A DNA stretch of 64,000 bases from Candidatus Aenigmatarchaeota archaeon (lineage in GTDB: Archaea > Aenigmatarchaeota > Aenigmatarchaeia > PWEA01). The position numbers were made by a program, and so were the translations under genes. Location: positions 77,150 to 141,149 of the forward strand of contig JBKHHE010000001.1 in the NCBI GenBank assembly GCA_046539305.1, read 5' to 3'. The notes below the pieces were generated by a model. It did no database searches. It had not been told where the DNA came from and worked only from the letters and a program-made list of their open reading frames with translations. Positions 1-9,318 of the stretch are shown here, piece by piece; within the stretch, counting starts at the first letter, position 1, and every line of letters starts with the position of its first letter.

Positions 1-70
1 TTTCGGTATCGAACGAGGCGTCATCCCATCCCAGAATCCTTATCTCGTCTTTGACCTTTCGTATGGGCAT
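1..70 (-). CDS. DUF99-family protein, N-terminal fragment (gene runs off window start)
   Basis: Reverse-strand ATG at 70..68 gives MPIRKVKDEIRILGWDDASFDTE. This resembles the IRvlG-DD-F N-terminus of archaeal DUF99/UPF0215 proteins. Only 23 codons are visible. Confidence 0.4.
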   Translation of the reverse strand, partial: MPIRKVKDEIRILGWDDASFDTE

Positions 71-88
71 AGGAAACAACGTTTTTAT

Positions 89-361
89 CTACAGGCTCTC
101 AGTCTGCTTTCTGATCTTCTGTGCCTCTGATTTTATTTCTTCTGCCGCTTTCTTGACCTCTTCAACAGGTTCACCTTCCTCCGTTTCAACCAATAAACGT
201 ATATTGTCCAGATAGCTGTGTCCCTTTCTGTACTCCGCCTTGTCTACCTCGGTGTCGGAATCCCACAGGTTGTTTCTCAGCAGATTCACCAGCGGAAAGC
301 CCTCGTCTTCGAACTCGAGTTTGAGTTTGTTCTTGCCTTTGCCCCTGATTTTTATGCTCAT
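89..361 (-). CDS. rpoL: DNA-directed RNA polymerase subunit L (Rpo11)
   Basis: 90 aa. The segment KLEFEDEGFPLVNLLRNNLW matches the RpoL/Rpb11 'E-D-H-T-L-x-N-L-L' region. Size is typical. Confidence 0.75.
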   Translation of the reverse strand: MSIKIRGKGKNKLKLEFEDEGFPLVNLLRNNLWDSDTEVDKAEYRKGHSYLDNIRLLVETEEGEPVEEVKKAAEEIKSEAQKIRKQTESL

Positions 362-416
362 GATACCACAGGTTTATTTTGAGCACAAACCTTTTAAAGG
401 TTTACATAGAGCTCAT

Positions 417-701
417 TCAGGATTCTCGCCGAGGATAGGAGTTTGAAATCCGGCTCATAAAACCCGAGTAGTCCCAGTACATGGCATGGTTTTTTGCATT
501 AATTTTTACTGACCTAGACGAAATTTTGGCCTCAAAATCCGACTCATCACAACCTTCCACATATATATCTCTGATACCTTCAACGCAAAGACCTCCAGGA
601 CATTTCTCCACTTCTATACCGTCCAAATCCTTCAACTTTTTATAAAATTTCTCTAAATCGTTGTCTTCGTCACTAGATAGCTCTATTTTGTAGTCGGTCA
701 T
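417..701 (-). CDS. hypothetical acidic protein
   Basis: 94-aa ORF in a co-directional gene string. No family recognised. Confidence 0.5.
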   Translation of the reverse strand: MTDYKIELSSDEDNDLEKFYKKLKDLDGIEVEKCPGGLCVEGIRDIYVEGCDESDFEAKISSRSVKINAKNHAMYWDYSGFMSRISNSYPRRES

Positions 702-732
702 TCCGACCCCACATGAGGTTTAGACCTGAAAA

Positions 733-1662
733 TTATAAAGCTTGTTCCAGTTCACTCGGATTGAGAATTGGAACCTTGAAGTTAGTCCTGTTTTCCATAG
801 CAACTCTTGGACAGGCCGTGTTCACCAGGCAGTCCACGCTCGTTCCTTCCACCTTGTCGGGAGTTATCTCATCCATAGAGAAGAGGTATGCACTCTTCCC
901 TTTGTCTTCCAGTCTGCCTTTGATTTCTTCAGCAAGTTCAAGCCTGCGTTGGCCCTTCTTGGTACTTAGAAGGATTCCGAAATCCTCCAAGCCTCTGGCC
1001 TTCTCCACCGCGGCTATGCGCTGTCTCTCAAATAGATCGGTATCCAGCTCCATAATCTCGCCCTGCTCAAAGTCAAACCTCAGTACAGGCCTTTCCGTCC
1101 TCAAGGCCAGGCCAAGGGGATGGAACTTTCCCGACCCTATATATAGATAACATTCGATCTCGTCCTCAACCTCCAGAGCACCTGAAACATCGCAGCCAAG
1201 CACCTGTCCTTCCTCTGTCCTTTCACCCGATGCCGTGTGGATTTCAAAGCCTTCAGATTCCAAATACCGTTTTGCATCCTCCAGAGAAGGGAGGAAGTTA
1301 GCAGAGGCCACGAGTCCAATCGACTTGAATTCCTCCAGCTTTTCCCTTTCCTCCTCGAGAACCGGAACGGGGTTCCTGTCATAATACCACGGAAAGTAAA
1401 GGGTTTCTACTTCTTCCTCTTCACAAAACTTTGTATGTCCTATATGCAGCAGAAGGTCGCAACCCAGCTCCCTTGCCTCTATATCCTTCAGATCGCAGGC
1501 CCCGTAGCAGGGTTCCAGGGAAGCTATGCTCCCAATTCCTTCCTCCTCAAGCCTATCCTGAAGCTCTGTGAGTCTAGTTCTCAGTCCTTCAGGAATTTGA
1601 ACAAAAACCCTGTTCGGATTTCTTTCCAGAACCTCGGAAACGATGTCATTTATCCTATCCAT
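733..1662 (-). CDS. dph2: 2-(3-amino-3-carboxypropyl)histidine synthase (diphthamide synthesis Dph2)
   Basis: 309 aa. Contains VFVQIPEGLRTRL ... EPCYGACDL ... LLLHIGHTKF, the typical archaeal Dph2 motifs. Confidence 0.85.
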   Translation of the reverse strand: MDRINDIVSEVLERNPNRVFVQIPEGLRTRLTELQDRLEEEGIGSIASLEPCYGACDLKDIEARELGCDLLLHIGHTKFCEEEEVETLYFPWYYDRNPVPVLEEEREKLEEFKSIGLVASANFLPSLEDAKRYLESEGFEIHTASGERTEEGQVLGCDVSGALEVEDEIECYLYIGSGKFHPLGLALRTERPVLRFDFEQGEIMELDTDLFERQRIAAVEKARGLEDFGILLSTKKGQRRLELAEEIKGRLEDKGKSAYLFSMDEITPDKVEGTSVDCLVNTACPRVAMENRTNFKVPILNPSELEQAL

Positions 1663-1664
1663 GT

Positions 1665-2342
1665 TTATCCCAGAAAGTCATAGAGTATAGGTATATAAGT
1701 GAACTCCGTCAGCACGGGCCAGAGATACGGAAGGATCAGTATAATCAGAAGTATTAAAACAAGTGCGAGAATTCCAGTTTTACTTCCACCTTCCCGAAAG
1801 CCAAATGCCAGTCCCGCAGCCAACCCGCCCATATGTGCTATGTGGGCGACGTTTCCGTGGCCCCCAGAGAGGAAGGTCAAAACCTCGGATATCGCTACGA
1901 AGACACCTATAAGGGCGAGCGGCAGAGGTAGCGGCACCGGATATGGTATGAAGTCAAAGGGAGCAAGGATTATCGCGGTTCCCATTATGGCGAACACCGC
2001 ACCGGAAGCTCCTATCACCACCTGGTCCGTGGGGTAAGTAAACAGGACGAAAAGGTTACCGACTATTCCCCCAAGAAAGAATATGGTTAAAACCTGTTTC
2101 AAAGAAACTTCACTTTCAAGGGCCCGACCGAAAAAGAAGAGAGCTATCGAGTTCAGCGCAAGATGTGCAACACTGCCATGAAGAAAGATGGAGGTCACCA
2201 AGGTCCAGATCCTTCCTTCCACCAAATTCTCGCCGGAAAATCCAAAGGACTGGACTATCTCTTCAGGGGAAAAGAACGTGTTTACCGCGAAGAAAACGCC
2301 CACGAAGATTAGTATCAAAGCATATGTCGACCTTAACTTCAT
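1665..2342 (-). CDS. rhomboid-family intramembrane serine protease
   Basis: Polytopic membrane protein with HGSVAHLALN and the GASGAVFAIMG catalytic Ser motif. The start is set at the internal Met (MKLRSTY) to avoid a 65-nt overlap with the upstream gene. The track ORF extends to 2411. Confidence 0.8.
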   Translation of the reverse strand: MKLRSTYALILIFVGVFFAVNTFFSPEEIVQSFGFSGENLVEGRIWTLVTSIFLHGSVAHLALNSIALFFFGRALESEVSLKQVLTIFFLGGIVGNLFVLFTYPTDQVVIGASGAVFAIMGTAIILAPFDFIPYPVPLPLPLALIGVFVAISEVLTFLSGGHGNVAHIAHMGGLAAGLAFGFREGGSKTGILALVLILLIILILPYLWPVLTEFTYIPILYDFLG

Positions 2343-2346
2343 AGGA

Positions 2347-4437
2347 CTATCCCATCCTCTCGAGGAGGAGCTTTTTCTCGACCCTAGCAACTGTGCTTTT
2401 CGCCTCTCCAATATTTTCCGGCCTCACGAGAACTGAATCAACCCCACTCTCTATGAGTCTTTTCAGGAAACGTTTGTCCCTGACCCCGGAGACGGAAACC
2501 TCTGCGCCTTTTTTACTGCAGTATTCACAAAACCCTTCAATGGAGTCCCAGAAGGCCTCGGAGGAAGCAACCTTGTTTCCTCCCTCTTCTCCCCCGAAGA
2601 ACAGCTCAACAAGACCCTTGAAGTCTATCATGGCCAGATCGAAGTCCGAGGACTTTCTCAACTTTTCGGAAAGCAACGTCTCGGGTGTACTCACGACAAC
2701 ACCCCTTCCGACGTCTCTGGGGAAAGTACTGAAAAGAGGTTCGGAACGTTCGGGAGAAGAACCTGAAAGGATGATATTGATACTTCTCTGGGCGTTGTTC
2801 ATAATTTCCAAAGCCCTGTCAACTCCGTCTTCGGAACTCTCCGTCTTCAACCATACCTCACCTTTGAAGGCTTGCAATATCCTTTCCACTACAGTTTCCG
2901 TTCTTGGAGCGCCTAACCCGGGTTCCATGCCTCTCCCCTCGATTTCCACCACGGCTCCTTGAGAACCCTCCAAAGCTCCAGGATCGAAGTTCTGTGAATC
3001 CACAAGAGTCATTATTTTTGTGGCCGTTATTGAATCCATCGACTGTGAACCCAGGAAACCTTCTCCTTCTGTTTCTCTGGGAGACGGTGACTCGAAGGTT
3101 CGGGTTTCCGAGATGGGTGGAAAAACTACACCCCTAAAGGCGTCAACTTTCACTTCTTTGCCCTCGGCAATTGATTTGGTTTCCTGTCTCTCTACAACAA
3201 GGGCGGGGATATCCATTTCTCTGGCCATTTTCGTGCCGTTGGAGGAAAACCCTCCAGACGTGGCCACCAGAGCTTCTGGAGAATTGAAAAGCAGACTCCT
3301 GCTACTTGGCATGTTTTCCAAAAGGACTTTGCCCTGGGCATTGGTAGCTGTCCTCGTAAGCTCGCCGGAGGCTCTTCCAGGGCTTACTCCTGTGCCCTTG
3401 ATTATTTCCTTGCCTTCCTCCTCGTCCTGGGACCTAGAAGTTTGGATCGGCGACACATCCAATACAAAAATATCGCCGTTCTTGGTGCAAAATTCTACCA
3501 TGGACTGCGAACTGAAACGCGATGCAATCTTTTCTACCCTTGACCTGATATCCCTTGCTTCGCTTCTGTCGAGAAGCGGAGTATTTTTCTTGCTTGAGGG
3601 AAGGGGTTGTTTCTCTATGTTTCCTGTGGAGGGGTTTTTGCCCTGTTTCCATTCCCTCGAAGACGTAGACTTTTCTTCAAGAACTCCGGTATCGTCAAAT
3701 ATATATCTATCGGGAGTGACCTCCCCCCTGGCAAGCATCTCTCCAAGCCCCCGTACGCCTTCCAAGATAGACTGACGAGGGTTACATGGGTTGCTCTCAA
3801 TATAAGCCAGGGTTTTATCTGCGTCTATCATTTTCTGAACGAGCACAGCAAAAGTGATGTCGTGCGCATGTCCGTTCTTCTCGCGGTAGTATATGGCCTC
3901 CGGACTGTAAAAACTTTTCCAGACTTCTTTGACTGCCTCCACAAGATTTTCATCACCTTTGACATTGAGCTTGTTTCCGTAAATCCCAGGAGAAAGTTTT
4001 CCATCTCTCTTCGGGGATGCCCTTACAACAACGGGCGGTTTTCCCCTACCGGCCTTTATGAGTTCCATTGCTTTCTGACCGGCCTTCTTGGCCTCCGAAG
4101 AAATAACAAAGTCCTTGTAAGCCTCCTCGATGTCCTCTTTTAAATCTTCGGAGATACGTGAATCCTCGAAAAGTCCAAATATCTTTCTGCTCGCTCTTTC
4201 AATACTTTCCTTGTCCTTTATCTGTGTTCTCGCAAGTATTGAGAGTATTTTGTCCTTTATGCCGTTTTCCTCAAGAAATGAGTGAAAGGTCCTTGAAGTT
4301 ACGACGAACCCCTTTGGGACCTTCGTTATATCGGAGAGTTGAGAGAGAGAAGCAGCCTTTCCCCCGGCTTTCTCCTCGTTACCCGTCTCTTCCAGAGAAA
4401 ATATCTTTTCCATGTTATCTATATTTACTGCTCCCAA
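2347..4437 (-). CDS. PEP synthase / pyruvate phosphate dikinase-like protein, apparently catalytically degenerate
   Basis: 696 aa. It has an N-terminal ATP-grasp signature (GGKAASLSQL) and a mobile domain ALVATSGGFSSNGTKMAREMDIPALV, where the usual T-x-H phosphohistidine reads S-S-N. The C-terminal PEP-utilizer-like domain is short, with VSVSGV where the C-G-x catalytic Cys is expected. Confidence 0.65.
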   Translation of the reverse strand: MGAVNIDNMEKIFSLEETGNEEKAGGKAASLSQLSDITKVPKGFVVTSRTFHSFLEENGIKDKILSILARTQIKDKESIERASRKIFGLFEDSRISEDLKEDIEEAYKDFVISSEAKKAGQKAMELIKAGRGKPPVVVRASPKRDGKLSPGIYGNKLNVKGDENLVEAVKEVWKSFYSPEAIYYREKNGHAHDITFAVLVQKMIDADKTLAYIESNPCNPRQSILEGVRGLGEMLARGEVTPDRYIFDDTGVLEEKSTSSREWKQGKNPSTGNIEKQPLPSSKKNTPLLDRSEARDIRSRVEKIASRFSSQSMVEFCTKNGDIFVLDVSPIQTSRSQDEEEGKEIIKGTGVSPGRASGELTRTATNAQGKVLLENMPSSRSLLFNSPEALVATSGGFSSNGTKMAREMDIPALVVERQETKSIAEGKEVKVDAFRGVVFPPISETRTFESPSPRETEGEGFLGSQSMDSITATKIMTLVDSQNFDPGALEGSQGAVVEIEGRGMEPGLGAPRTETVVERILQAFKGEVWLKTESSEDGVDRALEIMNNAQRSINIILSGSSPERSEPLFSTFPRDVGRGVVVSTPETLLSEKLRKSSDFDLAMIDFKGLVELFFGGEEGGNKVASSEAFWDSIEGFCEYCSKKGAEVSVSGVRDKRFLKRLIESGVDSVLVRPENIGEAKSTVARVEKKLLLERMG

Positions 4438-4458
4438 TTAAATATCTTAGGAGCGGTC

Positions 4459-4995
4459 TTAAGAATAGTTTTCAAGACCTTTGATGCTGCAGGAACATGG
4501 AAGTTTATACTTTGCCCTGTTTAGAGCCTCCCTCGCCACAGCTAGGTTACTTTCGGGGACCCTGACCAACATAAACTCCTGGTCTTCCTCCATCCTTGCA
4601 GCCCTCCCTATGGGATTACCGAAAGCCTGGGTCATACCTTCCTGGAACCGATCGGCACCTGCACCTGTCGCGAGCGGGTTCTCCCTCAGAACGTGGTGAG
4701 GGTAGACAAGTATCTTCAAGAAATAGTTCTTCTCTCCAAGCTCATCGAGCAGATATTTATTGGCGTTGACTCGCGCCGCCTCTATAGCATTGTGGCGGAT
4801 CTGAATTTCGTCATCCACTGTCAGCTTCAGCTCCAACTCGTAGTCATCTTTGTTCTTCAGGTCGCCGTTCTCGAAGTCACGAGTCTTTATAGCCGGGACT
4901 CCTTTGATGTAGCTCTTCCTCGGATTCCTTTCGCTAACCCTGGTGTAGGGTTTTCCATCCTTGTCACGGTAACACCTTCCGGGTCTGTCTCCCAT
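4459..4995 (-). CDS. rpl10e: 50S ribosomal protein L10e (uL16)
   Basis: MGDRPGRCYRDKDGKPYTR ... RENPLATGAGADR is characteristic of L10e. The start is taken at the internal Met. The track ORF extends to 5034. Confidence 0.9.
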   Translation of the reverse strand: MGDRPGRCYRDKDGKPYTRVSERNPRKSYIKGVPAIKTRDFENGDLKNKDDYELELKLTVDDEIQIRHNAIEAARVNANKYLLDELGEKNYFLKILVYPHHVLRENPLATGAGADRFQEGMTQAFGNPIGRAARMEEDQEFMLVRVPESNLAVAREALNRAKYKLPCSCSIKGLENYS

Positions 4996-5049
4996 AAAAA
5001 TCACCTGATACCTTGAGAAATTTACTCGGTACATTTAAATATTTTTCCT

Positions 5050-5532
5050 TCATTGCTCCGCGTACTTCTCGACCTCATCGCTCATTATCTCCAGATCCAC
5101 GCCAGCTTCCTCAAAAATTCTCTTCGTCTCATCCGACGCGTGGTAGTCTTTTTGACACACGACCCTGTCGATCCCTGCATTTATTACCATCTTTGCACAC
5201 GTGTAGCAGGGTGTCATCTTGCAGTAAAGTGTGGCTCCTTCCACGGAAATCCCCATTCGCGCCGCCTGAACTATCGCATTTTGCTCCGCGTGGGTCGTCC
5301 TCACACAGTGCCTGTGTGTTTCCCCACTTTCATGAGTCACCTCCCTTATCTGGTGTCCAACTTCTGAACAGTGTGGAAGGCCAGCAGGTGCGCCGACATA
5401 ACCCGTGGTCAGTATCCTCTTATTCCTAACTATAACACAGCCCGATCTGCCGCGGTCACAGGTAGCCCTATCCGCGACAACGTCCGAGACCTTCAAGAAG
5501 TAGTCGTCCCAGTCCGGTCTTTCGTCCGGCAT
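5050..5532 (-). CDS. deoxycytidylate (dCMP) deaminase
   Basis: Contains the HAEQNAI and PCYTCAKMV zinc-binding cytidine/deoxycytidylate deaminase motifs. 160 aa. Confidence 0.85.
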   Translation of the reverse strand: MPDERPDWDDYFLKVSDVVADRATCDRGRSGCVIVRNKRILTTGYVGAPAGLPHCSEVGHQIREVTHESGETHRHCVRTTHAEQNAIVQAARMGISVEGATLYCKMTPCYTCAKMVINAGIDRVVCQKDYHASDETKRIFEEAGVDLEIMSDEVEKYAEQ

Positions 5533-5536
5533 GGTA

Positions 5537-6772
5537 TCAGTAGGGCGTCAGCCAGTCGGAGATCTTCTCCCCGAGACTTTTTTCCTCCTTTTCTTTTTTC
5601 CTCTTCTCCTTCATCTTCTCTATATTCTTCTTTATTACCTTCTCAGCTTCCTCAACAGCATCGCCGTCGTTTCCAACGCCGACGGAAATCCCTACGCCTA
5701 CCACCAGAATACTGCTATCCTCGGGCGACCTCTTTACAGCCCTCTCGACAGCCTCCTTGACCTCCGGCACCGCCTCGTATATCTCCTCTTTCATAGGTCT
5801 TACCACATCCTCCCTCGGATCCTGGTTGATACCTATGGACTCTATGGTTATATCCTGCTCCACCGCTATGTCTTCGATCCAGTGCCTTTCCGCCTTGCCC
5901 CGGCCGCCCATCGCAAAACCAACTCCCTCCACGACGCTACCCCTTTCCTCACCCTTCAGTTTGCCCTTCGCGTCTATGGGAATGATCTTGTCTATATCGT
6001 TTTCTTTGGTTATTTTCTCCACCGCGTCGTACACCTCGCCAAGAACGGCGGCGGGCCCATCCGGCTTTACTATGAATACGGTCCTTCCTTCGATTTCCTT
6101 TTCCGTATAGATCTGGTCCTCTGCTATCTCCTTCACTTCAGCGTCGCCTATAATCGAAGCTGCACACAGCGGGCCTATAGAGTCGCCGACAGGCTCCTCC
6201 TTCGCAAAACAGGAAACGCTCTCCTTGAGCATCTTTATCTGTTTCTCTATAAACGGCATCTGCATCTTTAGAAGCATTCCTATCTGAAGGTTCTTGGTCT
6301 CCTTGACCAGCTCCAGCATGTGTCTCACTACCTTGGCTATCTGGTGAACTGCGGTGCTGTGAACGGTCGCGGCGGCAAAGCTCTTTTTCTCGCCGCCTTC
6401 CAGGTCAGAGACCTCGCCTATAAACTGCCTGTACCTATCGTCGTGTATGTCATACATCTGCTTTATCTTTTTCATGACGCCTGAAGGATCCGTCTCTTCA
6501 GGTGGAACGGTAAACATGTCGACTATACGGTCGAAGTTCTCGCGGAGCTTGTCCTGTGGAAGGTCGCTGTGTTCCCCCATCATATCCACCATCTCCTCCC
6601 TTGCATCCCCGGACATTTGTTCGAACTGTTTTACCTTCTGCTGGAGCTTCTGCACAAGCTGATATATCATAAGTTTAGGATAGAACAGGAAGAAAGCTAT
6701 AATTAGCCCGAACCACAGAATTCTCGTCCACCAGTCACCGGTGCCGAAGAACTGTGCTAGTAACTCCAACAT
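5537..6772 (-). CDS. conserved archaeal membrane-anchored protein (DUF1512-like, tentative)
   Basis: 411 aa with an N-terminal TM (WWTRILWFGLIIAFFLFY) followed by a soluble domain and a K/E-rich tail. The family assignment is from memory only. Confidence 0.35.
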   Translation of the reverse strand: MLELLAQFFGTGDWWTRILWFGLIIAFFLFYPKLMIYQLVQKLQQKVKQFEQMSGDAREEMVDMMGEHSDLPQDKLRENFDRIVDMFTVPPEETDPSGVMKKIKQMYDIHDDRYRQFIGEVSDLEGGEKKSFAAATVHSTAVHQIAKVVRHMLELVKETKNLQIGMLLKMQMPFIEKQIKMLKESVSCFAKEEPVGDSIGPLCAASIIGDAEVKEIAEDQIYTEKEIEGRTVFIVKPDGPAAVLGEVYDAVEKITKENDIDKIIPIDAKGKLKGEERGSVVEGVGFAMGGRGKAERHWIEDIAVEQDITIESIGINQDPREDVVRPMKEEIYEAVPEVKEAVERAVKRSPEDSSILVVGVGISVGVGNDGDAVEEAEKVIKKNIEKMKEKRKKEKEEKSLGEKISDWLTPY

Positions 6773-6827
6773 ATAATCCCCAGACTATTTTATCACTGCA
6801 CCTTTTAAAAGTTCAGACTGGATTTCA

Positions 6828-7505
6828 TCACAGCTTCTCTTTCACCCTACGGAAGAACCCTATGAGCGTGTTGGCCTCCCTCTTCGCGAGCATCGCCCTG
6901 CCGAGCGTGTTCTTCAGAGACTGACGGAGCGGCTCGTGTCTGTAGTCCTCTACGCCCGTTTTTTCTATTATACCGTCGAGCTGTTCCAGGAGGACTTCCT
7001 TCTCCCTCCCTCCGGCGAGCTCGTACGTTTTCCCTTCACCCTCTCTTTTGCTCAGCTCGTAAAGTATCATGGCCACGGCGTGGGAGAGGTTGAAAACGGG
7101 GTATTCATCGCTCGCGGGTATATGACACAGCAAGTCGCTCTTCTTGATCTCCTCGTTCCTCAGTCCCTTGGACTCGGGGCCGAAGACCAGACCAACCTCG
7201 CCCTCCACTCCACCCAGTTTTTCCCGTAGGGTCCCAGGAGTCACCGCATTTCTCACCACGTTATATCCACCACCCGTCTCCGACGAGGTAGAAACCGTGA
7301 GGTCGTACTCGCTCCAGTTCATTTCGTCCTTCACTTCCGCATTCTTGAGCAAGGATTTTGCATGTTTGGCCCTCTTCGCTGCTTCTTCCGTCAACTCACA
7401 CGGATCCACGAGAACCAGCTTCTCAAATCCGAAGTTCTTCATGGCTCTAGCAACAGCTCCTATGTTCCCCGGCGTCTCCGGCCTTATAAGCACGACCCTA
7501 AACAT
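6828..7505 (-). CDS. SpoU/TrmH-family RNA 2'-O-methyltransferase (TrmJ-like)
   Basis: VVLIRPETPGNIGAVARAMKNFGF, GPESKGL and NLSHAVAMILYE are SPOUT class motifs. The start is at the internal Met. Confidence 0.8.
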   Translation of the reverse strand: MFRVVLIRPETPGNIGAVARAMKNFGFEKLVLVDPCELTEEAAKRAKHAKSLLKNAEVKDEMNWSEYDLTVSTSSETGGGYNVVRNAVTPGTLREKLGGVEGEVGLVFGPESKGLRNEEIKKSDLLCHIPASDEYPVFNLSHAVAMILYELSKREGEGKTYELAGGREKEVLLEQLDGIIEKTGVEDYRHEPLRQSLKNTLGRAMLAKREANTLIGFFRRVKEKL

Positions 7506-7544
7506 GGCAGAGTATTTAAACCTCAAGAACTAAAAGCTTGATGT

Positions 7545-8237
7545 ATGAAGAAAGGCGCCAACGTAGAAATAATACTGGCTCTGATAGCCGCATTTCTTCT
7601 GCTGGGTGGAGGCCTTCTGAGAGACGTGAGCAAAGAAATTCCAGATGAAGGCAGAAACGTCCTTAAAGGAATAAAGGATTTATTCGAGGAGGTAATCCAT
7701 CCCAAGGTTTCTGTAGCCAGGGAAATAGACGTAGAAGGAGAGGTAACCTACGAAGATACCTTCGACTTCAAGGACATCAACCCCGAATCAATGACGATCG
7801 AATACAGTCCTCCAAGCACGAATATAACCGCCGATGGGAAAGAAATAGCTGTGGATGAAACCAAGGCAAACCTGACCGTCGAAGGGTTCCGGGGTTCAGC
7901 TTCCATTGACCCCGAAGAGATAAAAATAAAGGGTGAAGCAGATTCTCTGCGTTCGGGCGCTGTAAAAATCGGCAAGGGAAACGTAGGACTTTCGGTGAAG
8001 GGGGGTTACGACCGGGCTCTTCTGAGAAAAACTGAAATCAAAGAACTGAGCTTAAGTCCGGTTTCGGGAAGCCTTCAGGTGGACGAGTCCATATCACTCG
8101 ACTTCGACGGAAACAGTGCGGTCCTTCACGCCTTCCTTGGCGACTTGGAGTTCGAAGGATCCGAACTCCGTGCCGATGGAAAGGTCAACAGAGTTTCAAC
8201 GAACAATAGGACTATAGGTAAATCCTCGGTCTCCTAA
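7545..8237 (+). CDS. membrane-anchored/secreted hypothetical protein with a possible class III (pilin-like) signal
   Basis: The N-terminus MKKG|ANVEIILALIAAFLLLGGG has a K-G-A junction followed by a hydrophobic helix. The remainder is beta-rich and acidic. Confidence 0.4.
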   Translation: MKKGANVEIILALIAAFLLLGGGLLRDVSKEIPDEGRNVLKGIKDLFEEVIHPKVSVAREIDVEGEVTYEDTFDFKDINPESMTIEYSPPSTNITADGKEIAVDETKANLTVEGFRGSASIDPEEIKIKGEADSLRSGAVKIGKGNVGLSVKGGYDRALLRKTEIKELSLSPVSGSLQVDESISLDFDGNSAVLHAFLGDLEFEGSELRADGKVNRVSTNNRTIGKSSVS

Positions 8238-8240
8238 ACA

Positions 8241-8663
8241 CTAGTCCTCCTCTTCTTCCTCCAACATTTCTTCTACTTCTTCCTCAGACAGCTCTTCGTC
8301 TCCGCCACCAAAAAGCTTTCTCAGAGGCCACGTCACTATCTTTAAAATACTTACTATAGTCCCGAAGAACACGTAGCCTATGTAGAGGAGCAGGCCTGAA
8401 GCACCGTAGGATAGCATGGTATCGATGTGTATGGGAATATTCATACCTAAGAAATAATTTGCAGCCACCGGAAAAAGCGCCGCAGCAGTGAAAACCATAA
8501 TTCCCCGAAAGGCTATCTTCATCGACTTGTAGGCAATGTAAATGAAGCCGATAAATGCCACCATAGGAAGAACAGTTTGAACGTGGAGGCTGTATCCCAT
8601 TATCTCCTCCGGCAGGATGGCAGATAGGGCTTGAAGAACAGTTTTAAGGAAGTCCAGGGGCAT
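8241..8663 (-). CDS. polytopic membrane protein with poly-acidic C-terminal tail
   Basis: 140 aa with 4 predicted TM helices. It ends ...SEEEVEEMLEEEEED. Confidence 0.55.
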   Translation of the reverse strand: MPLDFLKTVLQALSAILPEEIMGYSLHVQTVLPMVAFIGFIYIAYKSMKIAFRGIMVFTAAALFPVAANYFLGMNIPIHIDTMLSYGASGLLLYIGYVFFGTIVSILKIVTWPLRKLFGGGDEELSEEEVEEMLEEEEED

Positions 8664-8712
8664 ATAAGGAACATGGCTCCGAATAAATAAAAATCTTTGC
8701 AGGGAGCAGGTT

Positions 8713-9306
8713 CTAAAGTTTTTTTACAGCCTTGAAAACGTACAAAGTCTCCCAAGGGATCTTCCTCTCAGCCGTGACCTCGGAACGGAGGCAACTACCT
8801 TCCAATATTTCTGCAGTCGTGTCCACCCCCGTAAGAGATGAAACCAGAAGAAGAACTCTGCCCCTTTCGGAAAGGTAGTCCTTCACCTCCCTTGAGAATT
8901 TCCTCACTATTTCCGTGCCGTCCTTGCCTCCAAACCACTGCTCCCTCTCCATGACCTTTAACTGGTCCTTTCGGGGAGGAAGATAAGGTGCGTTGAAAAT
9001 TATCAGATCAAACTTTCCTCCCACCTCTGCGAAAAGATCGCTCTCTTGGAATCTAACGTTTTTCAGATCGTTCCTTGAGGCGTTCTTTCTGGCCAGCTGC
9101 ACAGCCTTCTCGCTCTTATCCACGCCCACAGCTTCCCTTGAACGTTCGGCGGCGATCATTGCAAGGATTCCGCATCCTGTGCCTACATCAAGGACCTTAT
9201 CCTCTTCGTCCACTTCATTTTCAAGAACCTCCGCCAGAAGATAGGTGTCTTCCCGGGGCACGTAAACCTCGTCGGAGAGTTCAACCTCGAAACCAAACAA
9301 CTTCAT
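8713..9306 (-). CDS. HemK/PrmC-Mtq2-like N5-glutamine methyltransferase
   Basis: Contains the SAM motif VLDVGTGCGILAM and the NPPY-type motif IIFNAPYLP. 197 aa, typical of the archaeal HemK-related methylase. Confidence 0.75.
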   Translation of the reverse strand: MKLFGFEVELSDEVYVPREDTYLLAEVLENEVDEEDKVLDVGTGCGILAMIAAERSREAVGVDKSEKAVQLARKNASRNDLKNVRFQESDLFAEVGGKFDLIIFNAPYLPPRKDQLKVMEREQWFGGKDGTEIVRKFSREVKDYLSERGRVLLLVSSLTGVDTTAEILEGSCLRSEVTAERKIPWETLYVFKAVKKL

Positions 9307-9318
9307 GTATATACCTCA

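Noticed and set aside
1665-2342. Whether the rhomboid protease could be the missing prepilin peptidase.
   Set aside because: Its motifs (GxSG, HxxxN) are those of serine rhomboids. They are not the two-aspartate GxGD-type motifs of FlaK/PibD/EppA peptidases.
3020-3775. Long antisense or alternative-frame ORFs in the track. Examples are 3020-3775 (+), 5531-6271 (+), 15591-16343 (+), 19425-20198 (+), 25507-26052 (-), 30134-30697 (-), 33829-34371 (-), 38024-38593 (-) and 59362-59904 (+).
   Set aside because: All lie entirely inside longer ORFs that have clear family motifs or consistent operon context. Their translations are S/P/L/R-rich low-complexity sequence typical of shadow frames.
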